Shown here one piece after another: positions 56,353-64,000 of a stretch of 64,000 nucleotides of DNA. A program made the position numbers and the translations under genes. A model generated the notes under the pieces. The model was not told the origin of the DNA. It ran no database searches and saw only the letters and a program-made list of their open reading frames with translations. Source of the stretch: a virus. Lineage: Duplodnaviria; Caudoviricetes. Each line of letters opens with the position of its first letter. Positions within the stretch are counted from its first letter, which is position 1. The stretch lies in IMG/VR virus record IMGVR_UViG_2974692648_000001, positions 32,001 to 96,000 of that record; one strand, given 5' to 3'.

Positions 56353-58494
56353 ATGAGTTACATTATCCACCCTTGGAACCCCTTTGGGGACAACGAAAAG
56401 AGTGTGGTATATAACGAATCGATCAGTGCGTTAGGTGAAGAGCGGAGTCTATTAGTCCCTCGTTACGGCCCGTTCTTTGAGAAGGATTTAATTCTCAAAG
56501 ATGCGCAAACGGGTGTCGAACTAAAGCCGGGTCGAGATTTCGTTTTCAGCTACCCATTCGATGATTTCATTAAGTACTACAGTCGTACGATTTACGGTGG
56601 CATCACTCTGTTAGAGAGTGGTCGCAACCGCCAGCTGGTATTAGAACAATACAAAACAATCGGTGAACCGTTCACTCAGAACGACCAAGACTTTATTCGT
56701 CTTTGTTCTACGATTATTCACTCCGAACGCATTGCGGACTGGAGTCAGGTAGTTAACCTACCTATGGAGGGGTTCCCTTCCGATCCCCACGAACATGAAC
56801 CGGACTTGACTTATAACTATCATAAATTCATCGAAGTGATGAAGGCGATAGACCAAGGTCAACGTACCGAGTTCAACAACCCGACGGTCGCTTCCCAATT
56901 AGTGGAACACGTCACCCAAGCCTTTAAACTCGCTCACCCTAATGCGACTGCCGATGATTTTAATCTCGGTAACGTAGAAGACTTTGGTGTTGCAACTGAG
57001 GCCGATCTTCAGGGTAACTCAGATCAACTTTATTTGACCTTAGCTAAAGGTCGTAAATTGACTGAGATCATCTTGAAAGAGCTAGGCATCTACCCTGATG
57101 ACGAACCTACCGCTCCTGGTTCCGACGATGAGCTTGATAAACCACTTACCTTGCGAGAAGCCTTAAAACTATTTACAGGTAAAGACAGTGATTTAGCTGA
57201 GATCGACGGACGAGGTAAAATAGCTCGTCGTAATGCCCGCAATAACCTAGGGTTAGGGGATGCGGCAACCGCTACGATCGAACAAACTGTAGGTCAAGGT
57301 CTTAAAGCTCTGATGTCGCAAAAAGCGATAACCGATGCTTTAAACTTATTGGTACCTCAGACGCGTACCATTAATGGCATGCCGTTGACTAAAGACATTA
57401 CTATTGATGTTAATGACAATGACTCTTACTCTCGCGATGAAACCGATAACTTACTTAATAAGAAGTTTGATAAGTCATCAGTGTCTCAGAGTACGGGCTC
57501 CAGCACATCAGCAGTTATGTCGCAGAAAGCGACCACAGACGCTCTTAACGCCAAGGTTCCTAATACCCGTAAGGTGAATGGGAAGCCGTTAAGTTCTGAT
57601 GTTAGTCTGTCTCCTGGGGATGTCGGTGCGTACACCAAGACTCAAGTTAACGACTTGGTTAATGGTCGTGTACCGAATGGTCGAACCGTCAACGGTAAAC
57701 CGTTAAGTGCAAATATCTCTTTGAGTGCGGGTGATGTCGGTGCTTACACTAAGTCTGAAGTTAACAGTAAGTTAGGTGGGAAGTTTGATAAGTCAAATAT
57801 CACCAATTATTCAGGTTCTAGCGAAGTTCACGTTATTTCGCAAAAAGGTGTGACTAACTACCTTAACGGTAAAGTCCCTACCAGTCGTACCATTAACGGC
57901 AAACCTTTGACTTCCAACATCAGTTTATCGGCATCTAACGTTGGTGCTTACACCAAATCTGAAACTGACTCCCGTTTAAATAACAAGTTCGACAAAGCCT
58001 ACATCTCTCAAGGTACGGGTAATAACTCGCTTTATGTGATGTCCCAAAAAGCAGTGACGGATAACCTTAATAAAAAGGTGCCAACTACTCGTACTGTTAA
58101 CGGTAAGGCGTTGAGTTCTAACATAACCTTAAACGCTACTGACATCGGATTAAGTCGTGTTGAAAACAAACGTTGGGTCAAGGTGAAGGATGCATCGGTG
58201 AGTTTCAACCTACGTAATGGTTACCGTGTTTACACGGGTGAAGTCGATACCGGGTTACGTCTACCTTATGAAGACGGACGTCGTTTCGATAAAGGTCGCT
58301 TCCGTGTTATCCCAGAAACCTTAGGCAATATTACGTCCAGCAATGCTAACGCTTGTTGGTGGGGTGTTGACTATGAGGTGGTCCTGAAACAGTACTGGAA
58401 CAAAGGACATCAAATCTGGATCAAGTTCTACGGCTCGGGTGCGTATATCTCTTCCGGTAAGATCAGTAACTACGAGTTGTACGAATGGAAATAA
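56353..58494 (+). CDS. Tail fibre protein with repeated shaft modules
   Basis: Five VP.xRxVNGKPL repeats and four SQKA/SQKG repeats; N-terminal VPRYGPFF module. Confidence 0.8.
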   Translation: MSYIIHPWNPFGDNEKSVVYNESISALGEERSLLVPRYGPFFEKDLILKDAQTGVELKPGRDFVFSYPFDDFIKYYSRTIYGGITLLESGRNRQLVLEQYKTIGEPFTQNDQDFIRLCSTIIHSERIADWSQVVNLPMEGFPSDPHEHEPDLTYNYHKFIEVMKAIDQGQRTEFNNPTVASQLVEHVTQAFKLAHPNATADDFNLGNVEDFGVATEADLQGNSDQLYLTLAKGRKLTEIILKELGIYPDDEPTAPGSDDELDKPLTLREALKLFTGKDSDLAEIDGRGKIARRNARNNLGLGDAATATIEQTVGQGLKALMSQKAITDALNLLVPQTRTINGMPLTKDITIDVNDNDSYSRDETDNLLNKKFDKSSVSQSTGSSTSAVMSQKATTDALNAKVPNTRKVNGKPLSSDVSLSPGDVGAYTKTQVNDLVNGRVPNGRTVNGKPLSANISLSAGDVGAYTKSEVNSKLGGKFDKSNITNYSGSSEVHVISQKGVTNYLNGKVPTSRTINGKPLTSNISLSASNVGAYTKSETDSRLNNKFDKAYISQGTGNNSLYVMSQKAVTDNLNKKVPTTRTVNGKALSSNITLNATDIGLSRVENKRWVKVKDASVSFNLRNGYRVYTGEVDTGLRLPYEDGRRFDKGRFRVIPETLGNITSSNANACWWGVDYEVVLKQYWNKGHQIWIKFYGSGAYISSGKISNYELYEWK
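57280..58152 (+). repeat. Degenerate coding repeats in the tail fibre
   Basis: Modules ordered A-B-A-B-B-A-B-A-B (A = KFDKS..SQKAxTD, B = VP.TR.VNGKPLS..GAYTK). Confidence 0.8.
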
Positions 58495-58506
58495 CACTTC
58501 CTTAAC

Positions 58507-58542
58507 TATAATCCAGGGGTCCTATCGGGCTCCTGGATTATA
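58507..58542 (+). terminator. Terminator-like hairpin
   Basis: TATAATCCAGGGGTCC-TATC-GGGCTCCTGGATTATA. Confidence 0.7.
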
Positions 58543-58613
58543 TTACTGTGTGAAGAATTTTATGATTCATTAACTTCTAGGGTGAATGCCCGGAACTTAT
58601 TAAAGGACGGATT

Positions 58614-61600
58614 ATGAACCTCCCCGAGATTAAACAATATCGGTTCGATGTATCAGGTACAGCAAAAGAAAACCTAATACCTCGTGAACTGATCCCTGCA
58701 AGCGACGAACGTAATGCAAAGATCGTGGTCCCTAGACACGCACCTTTCTTTATTGAGTCGGTTCACGTCTATCGTGCAGGACACACTATTCCACTGACTT
58801 TAGGTGAACACTACGACTTCGTGAGCATTGATCATGACTTGTCAGAATACTGCGGTAATCGCGTATCCTGGGTCATTCGTAAATTAAAGAATGACTTACC
58901 TGATCTAGAAATCACCTATCAAACACTAGGTACTATCCCGGCATTAACAGAGACCACTAAATATTGGTACGAAGCTGCTGCGTTAGACCAACGACCAGTG
59001 TGGTTCGATCAATTACTGAATAAGCCAAAGCATTTCATTCCCATGTTACACGGTCATGACTTAGCTCAAGGTTTCTTCAACTTCCAACGATTAATCGAAA
59101 TCTACGAAGATCGTTACGAGACGTTATTTGGTGATCAAGCATTAATCCCTTATCGTGAATGGTTCTTAGGTCAACTTAATAACCTTAAAACCTACGTAGA
59201 GCCTTTCAGACTGTTTTTAGATCGTTACACCGACAATCACATCAATCACGACCAAGATCCTCACAGAACACGTTCTAGAGACATTCCTGGGTTGGATCAA
59301 ATTGATGAAGTGCAGACGGCTAGCAACGACGAAGCCCAATTAGGGTTAAGTAAACGACTACGAACAGTAAGTGCGCAAGCACATAATCACATCCAGCAAC
59401 AAGGTCCTGATCACGAAGGACATATTCCCAACATCTTTCTGAACGAAGACGGAACGCGTACCGCTAGTGTCATCGATAACAAAAAGATTTCCCCGGTCAC
59501 CGAACTGACTGTAGGAATTAAAGATTTGCTCGTTAATGCTTACGTTGATCGTAGCGGTGTCGGGCGAGGTGAGATCACACTAACGGGTTCTAATGGGAAT
59601 AAGGTGTTGAGTTTTACCAACCCTAACCCAGTCGGACAGTCTCGTAACCCAGAGCCAAACATTTGGTATTGTGATCAACAACCTACTGGTTATGACATCA
59701 TGATCGCTGGCGGCAATTCGGATGCTAGAGTCTTTTATAAAGACCGTTGGTACTTGGTTATCGATAATGCGGAGCTTACCGAATACGACCAACTCCCAAG
59801 TCAGCGTATAGCGATTTCAGGTGACATGTCCGACGTTCTGGCGAATCACCGTGATTATCGTTTGATTCATACCGAGGAAGCAGTACATTTAATTCGAACC
59901 ACAGATCATGCTTCCAAACCAACGGTGATATGGAAAACGATCAAGTACGATAAAGCGGCAGGTACCGCAGAACCTGTGACTGAATACACGTTTAAATACA
60001 ACACCATCAATGATGGTACTTCTTATAACGAGAAGGGACGTGTTATTATGTTCCACCGTGGCTTCAGTTCAGGTAAGTACTCTAACGGTGACCTGGTGTT
60101 CTCTGAACCAGTGGAATTAGTCAAACGTGACGCCCAAGTCTTGGTACTCCCTACGGTCTTTAAAGGCAAGCTTTATTTTGAGTTCTTACTCCCAGAGTCG
60201 TTCAGCTATAAAGGTGAAGAACGAAATTACGTTCACTCTCACATGGCCGAAGCCAACATGAACCATGTTAATAAGACTGTGTCTTTAACCTGGACTGACG
60301 CTCGAGCAAGACCGTATATTGTTACGGAGCGTTTGTTCTCGGCTAACCCGGAAGCAAACAACTACTTTGAACAAGTCGCTGTCCCATTCCCATTCGAACT
60401 AACAAGTCGTCGGGCTTCTTTAGTCGCTATGTCCCAAGAAGGATTCTTTGGATTTGGGTTTAAAACAGAAGGTCACGGTGAAATGTTTGTTGTTCGTTTT
60501 ACCCCGGGCGATTACACTTTAAATGAACTTGGTCGATTATGGCACCTGGCGGATACGGAAGAATGGGTGGTGACTCGAGCAGGTGGTTGCACTCCTAAAA
60601 CCTATAATCGAGTTGACGTGGGACATATCAGTCCTATGAACCCTTACATGGGTGTATGGGCGGAATCTAATGAACGTAACCGTTACGGGTTAGTTAAAGG
60701 CATACATTCTGAACACGGTATGGGTTTCTTTTATAAGAACCTTTACGGGGGAGTGAATGAAATCAAGATTGGTGGAACTAAAGTTCATACTAGTTTGCCA
60801 CTCGACAACATTGATTTTGTCAAACACTTAACTCCTGAACACTGGATTGGGACCTCCCTAGATGTGGAAGAACAAGAAAGTGAGTTCGTGTGGTCTGTGG
60901 GTGGGTCAGATTCCCCTTCCAGACTTATCCCTAACCGAGTTGGATTTGGTGGTAGTAGCTTTAATCCACTAAGCTACGTGGAAGTCACTGACGAGTTCTT
61001 GACCGCCATGGGGGTGGACCTTAACGGGCATTGGGTGCTGGTCCTAGGTGGACGTTACGGACTCCCTGATTTCATTTATAACACTTATGTGGAAAATGGT
61101 AGTCTGAAAACGAAAGTTCAAGTATTTCGTTTAAACTCTTCGGTACTGACAAGAGTGGATGGCGTGAAATCACGCATTCCAACTACTAAGTTAACCGCAG
61201 CTGATAAAGCCACCCTAAGTGGGGGACGTGTAGTGACCCACGACACACCCGCTCATTTGGATCTGACTAAAGTAGAGAACCCAGAGCCAACATTGGACAC
61301 TAACGTAATCAACGTGTTAATTAGTGACTCCGGTCGCACTACGGTTTTACTGTGTCCTAACAACCGATTTGGTAATGACTCCTACAGTCAAACGTTCCCC
61401 ACTGTATTAAACTTCAATCAAGCTGATGACAGCATTGTATTATTTGATGAAGATCAGTTCGAAGGATGCATCGGTCTCTCTCCCGACCTTGGTTGGGTTA
61501 GAACCAACTTTAGTGATCAAACTGATTTTGGTGGTCTGGTCAACGCCGGGGAACAATTAAACTCAGGTTACCAAGCTCGACCTTCTTATATCCCTAGCTA

Positions 61601-61874
61601 TAGTGGTTTAGTAGGTATGTTCAACATGGTGCCTGAAAATGAACACCAAGTTTACTTCCCTGTGCCTTTGTTGGTATTAGAAGGTAACACTCTGCATCGA
61701 CTTGATGCAACGGCGTTTAACACCAAGCATTTGATTACTCCTGGTTCCACTGCAAGCTACACACTCAATTTGGTCAACGGACTTACCGGGCCTTACTTTG
61801 ATGTGGATTCGCACCATGCACTGGACGAAGGTTGGTATATTGATGTCGAAGAAACCGGTGTGAAATTAAATTAA
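58614..61874 (+). CDS. Large tail/baseplate-associated protein (phiKZ gp145/146-type)
   Basis: 1086 aa; VPRHAPFF and W..LLNKP..F.P..H.H N-terminal module; TATG at 58561. Confidence 0.75.
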   Translation: MNLPEIKQYRFDVSGTAKENLIPRELIPASDERNAKIVVPRHAPFFIESVHVYRAGHTIPLTLGEHYDFVSIDHDLSEYCGNRVSWVIRKLKNDLPDLEITYQTLGTIPALTETTKYWYEAAALDQRPVWFDQLLNKPKHFIPMLHGHDLAQGFFNFQRLIEIYEDRYETLFGDQALIPYREWFLGQLNNLKTYVEPFRLFLDRYTDNHINHDQDPHRTRSRDIPGLDQIDEVQTASNDEAQLGLSKRLRTVSAQAHNHIQQQGPDHEGHIPNIFLNEDGTRTASVIDNKKISPVTELTVGIKDLLVNAYVDRSGVGRGEITLTGSNGNKVLSFTNPNPVGQSRNPEPNIWYCDQQPTGYDIMIAGGNSDARVFYKDRWYLVIDNAELTEYDQLPSQRIAISGDMSDVLANHRDYRLIHTEEAVHLIRTTDHASKPTVIWKTIKYDKAAGTAEPVTEYTFKYNTINDGTSYNEKGRVIMFHRGFSSGKYSNGDLVFSEPVELVKRDAQVLVLPTVFKGKLYFEFLLPESFSYKGEERNYVHSHMAEANMNHVNKTVSLTWTDARARPYIVTERLFSANPEANNYFEQVAVPFPFELTSRRASLVAMSQEGFFGFGFKTEGHGEMFVVRFTPGDYTLNELGRLWHLADTEEWVVTRAGGCTPKTYNRVDVGHISPMNPYMGVWAESNERNRYGLVKGIHSEHGMGFFYKNLYGGVNEIKIGGTKVHTSLPLDNIDFVKHLTPEHWIGTSLDVEEQESEFVWSVGGSDSPSRLIPNRVGFGGSSFNPLSYVEVTDEFLTAMGVDLNGHWVLVLGGRYGLPDFIYNTYVENGSLKTKVQVFRLNSSVLTRVDGVKSRIPTTKLTAADKATLSGGRVVTHDTPAHLDLTKVENPEPTLDTNVINVLISDSGRTTVLLCPNNRFGNDSYSQTFPTVLNFNQADDSIVLFDEDQFEGCIGLSPDLGWVRTNFSDQTDFGGLVNAGEQLNSGYQARPSYIPSYSGLVGMFNMVPENEHQVYFPVPLLVLEGNTLHRLDATAFNTKHLITPGSTASYTLNLVNGLTGPYFDVDSHHALDEGWYIDVEETGVKLN

Positions 61875-61916
61875 ATTAAAGGGAGTAACCTCCCTTTACT
61901 TTCATAACGAGGACTT

Positions 61917-64000
61917 ATGGAAATTGTTAAGGTTTTACCCTTAGACTTACGTGCTGAGTTAGAGTCCAACTATTTGGATGAGACTCAGCCTGTAACCATT
62001 TTGTCAAGAGACTGGTATCGCCCAGATTACAGTCCCTTCTTTATCGATGACTTTGAGTTGTTTGACGGCGACGGAATGTTACTGAAGCGTAACAAGCATT
62101 ATACCTTGGAATCTATGAATTCGGAGTTAGTTAAAAAGACTGGACGACCAGTCTACCACTTTTTCCGTATTTTGGATACAACATTAAACTACAAAAAGTC
62201 TTACCGCATCAAATATCGTAGTGTGGGTAATACGGGCTTCCCGCGCTCACTAATCTCCAAGATGGTGAACGATTTGATCAACAGTGATTACTGGGTTGAT
62301 TGGGACACACAGGTGTTAGGTAAACCGCCTACATTCCCTGCATACCAACATTGGCACGATATCGAAACAGAAGTTGCGAACTGGGATCAGTTTACTCGCT
62401 TTGCCACTCAGCACTTGAACTACGTAATGGAAACTAAACGCGCGCATTACGATCGTGTCATGGCAATGATCAATAAAGTGGAGGGTTTGTTCAGCAAAGA
62501 ACACCGTGATTATCGTGCTCGATTAAAGGCCCACGATCAAGATTACAATAACCCACACAAGTTAAAGCGGGAACACTTTGAGTTAGATCATATACCTAAC
62601 TTACCGCTCTCGACTATTTCAGAAGACCACCAGGGTAATCGTAACAACCGCTTCACCACCCCTAAAGGTTTAATGTGTGCGGTCAACTATCAACAGCGGT
62701 TATCTCCGAACATGGTTCGGTCTGGTGAGATTAAACTGAACGCGTTCCATGAACTGGGTGGGTTAAGTACCCTGGCTCCGGGACGCACTTTCCAGACCGA
62801 CCAAATGACCAAAGCTTCTGTGGTCCGAGATCGTGATGGTGGGGTTAACTTATACGTTGGTGACGCTACGGGGCAAGTGAGTACCTCACTATACGGTAAA
62901 TCCGGGGAACTCACTTTAACCGGAAAGTACAATACGTTGAAGAACGACGTCCCTAAGTTTGATGTGGTTTTAAGAACCGCGGGTCAAGGAGTGGTGTTAA
63001 AACAATCTACCACTCAAATGGGTCGTTACTATCCCAACCCTAATGATTTCTTAGATCCAAATAACACCGATTATTGTCAGTTGGATTTTGAGGACCTAGA
63101 AGCCCAATTAGGTTCGGGGTGGGAAGAACGTTCTTGGTTTATCCCTACCCCAGAAGGGTTGATGGTCACCCACCGCACTACGGTAAACCCAGGTCGTCCT
63201 TTTACGTTTGAATTCCGTATGTTTGAAATGACTTATGGTGTGGGTCCCTTCCCGGTATTATCACCAAGTTATTTCACCTTTGATTACGACACGATAACTG
63301 GAGTTAGTTTGAAGGACGCTAATAAGTTATCTATGGTCGATATGGTGGAAGGAACGATAAGTGGCACTTACGATCGTTTTCATCATACCTTCACTGATCC
63401 TATCAAAGTATTTGATTTAAACGGCTACGGAATCTCATTGGTTTCAGACATTGACGTCAACGGTGGGAATAAAGTGATGATTAAACTTTTAACCACAGCG
63501 ACCTTAGATGGGAAACCATACCCGATTGAAACGGCTTGGGAGTTTGATTACACTAATCGAGTTTTCACTCGTTTGCTGTCTGGATCAAATAGTCGTTCAG
63601 TAGACAATTTGTCTGGAGACGTTGTTTTTGGCGAACCACTGGTTAAATTAACTAGAGGTAGCACCCAATACCCAACCCTGGGATTAGGTCATAAAGGTGA
63701 AGTGTTTAACTACTTTGGCGGGACTAAATACAACGTGGGTAAAATAGAGTTGGATAACTTAATTGAGTTCTACCGTACCTCTATTGAAAATCGATTAAAC
63801 GATAGCGTAACATCTAAGGAAGTTAACGTGGGGTTAATCGTTGATCCACAACCTGACAGCTTTAACTGGATGTTAGTGGTTCCTAATGACTGTTCTATTA
63901 TCTACCGCGGACGACCTATGACACTCAAGCGCGGGATGGTGGACGTCAGAACTAACCCTATGGTATCACCTGGGTTTGCTGGAACCATTACTGTTGGTGT
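61917..64000 (+). CDS. Tail-associated protein, partial (runs off the window; absent from the ORF track)
   Basis: GAGGA RBS, MEIVKVLPLDLRAEL…RPDYSPFF…DWDTQVLGKPPTFPAYQHWH. I translated only parts; its absence from the track fits no stop before the edge. Confidence 0.8.
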   Translation, partial: MEIVKVLPLDLRAELESNYLDETQPVTILSRDWYRPDYSPFFIDDFELFDGDGMLLKRNKHYTLESMNSELVKKTGRPVYHFFRILDTTLNYKKSYRIKYRSVGNTGFPRSLISKMVNDLINSDYWVDWDTQVLGKPPTFPAYQHWHDIETEVANWDQFTRFATQHLNYVMETKRAHYDRVMAMINKVEGLFSKEHRDYRARLKAHDQDYNNPHKLKREHFELDHIPNLPLSTISEDHQGNRNNRFTTPKGLMCAVNYQQRLSPNMVRSGEIKLNAFHELGGLSTLAPGRTFQTDQMTKASVVRDRDGGVNLYVGDATGQVSTSLYGKSGELTLTGKYNTLKNDVPKFDVVLRTAGQGVVLKQSTTQMGRYYPNPNDFLDPNNTDYCQLDFEDLEAQLGSGWEERSWFIPTPEGLMVTHRTTVNPGRPFTFEFRMFEMTYGVGPFPVLSPSYFTFDYDTITGVSLKDANKLSMVDMVEGTISGTYDRFHHTFTDPIKVFDLNGYGISLVSDIDVNGGNKVMIKLLTTATLDGKPYPIETAWEFDYTNRVFTRLLSGSNSRSVDNLSGDVVFGEPLVKLTRGSTQYPTLGLGHKGEVFNYFGGTKYNVGKIELDNLIEFYRTSIENRLNDSVTSKEVNVGLIVDPQPDSFNWMLVVPNDCSIIYRGRPMTLKRGMVDVRTNPMVSPGFAGTITVG

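Noticed and set aside
57280-58494. Diversity-generating retroelement or invertible tail-fibre cassette
   Set aside because: No reverse transcriptase or invertase and no adenine-specific template/variable repeat pair seen in the window.
109-58564. TATG late promoters as individual features (109, 3046, 23828, 39480, 52267, 56337 minus strand, 58561)
   Set aside because: Positions fit the phiKZ late consensus, but a 4-mer in AT-rich DNA is too weak alone; used only as supporting evidence.
108-62932. Many 60-130 aa ORFs antisense to or nested in long genes (e.g. 108-374, 3724-4122, 14814-15185, 20251-20538, 48077-48415, 62316-62932)
   Set aside because: No RBS seen and Ser/Leu/Phe-rich shadow translations expected from the sense-strand codon bias.
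1-64000. Genome-wide stop-codon reassignment, introns or inteins
   Set aside because: Long genes are intact in the standard code and end in TAA, TAG or TGA; no intein or homing-endonuclease motifs noticed in the helicase, polymerase or RNAP genes.

Overview
This window reads as 64 kb of a lytic phiKZ-like (nucleus-forming, Chimalliviridae-type) jumbo myovirus. Heavy CTA-Leu use in the most abundant structural genes suggests a Vibrio-type host (inference). The gene order matches my recollection of the phiKZ core: a PolB exonuclease/motif-A polypeptide, head and baseplate genes, an array of paralogous internal head proteins, an accessory block (about 28.9-37.3 kb), DnaB-like helicase, major capsid protein, a non-virion RNAP beta fragment, portal, RuvC-like resolvase, a spanin pair and tail-fibre-like genes running off the right edge. 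phiKZ gp equivalences come from remembered synteny and motifs, not from a database search. I saw no rRNA, tRNA, CRISPR array or mobile element. The least expected signals are non-coding: (1) five early-type promoters share a 5' hairpin and a small CCT-N-AGGAA hairpin over the Shine-Dalgarno; (2) a roughly 105-bp leader is duplicated 45 kb apart ahead of small glycine-zipper genes; (3) an intergenic element at 31.4 kb has tandem GAGTATATACG/C-GAA-G hairpin units inside an outer stem; (4) a four-hairpin leader precedes a major inner-head gene. Two gene junctions look like recoding or sequence error. Head proteins carry repeated G-X-E maturation sites.
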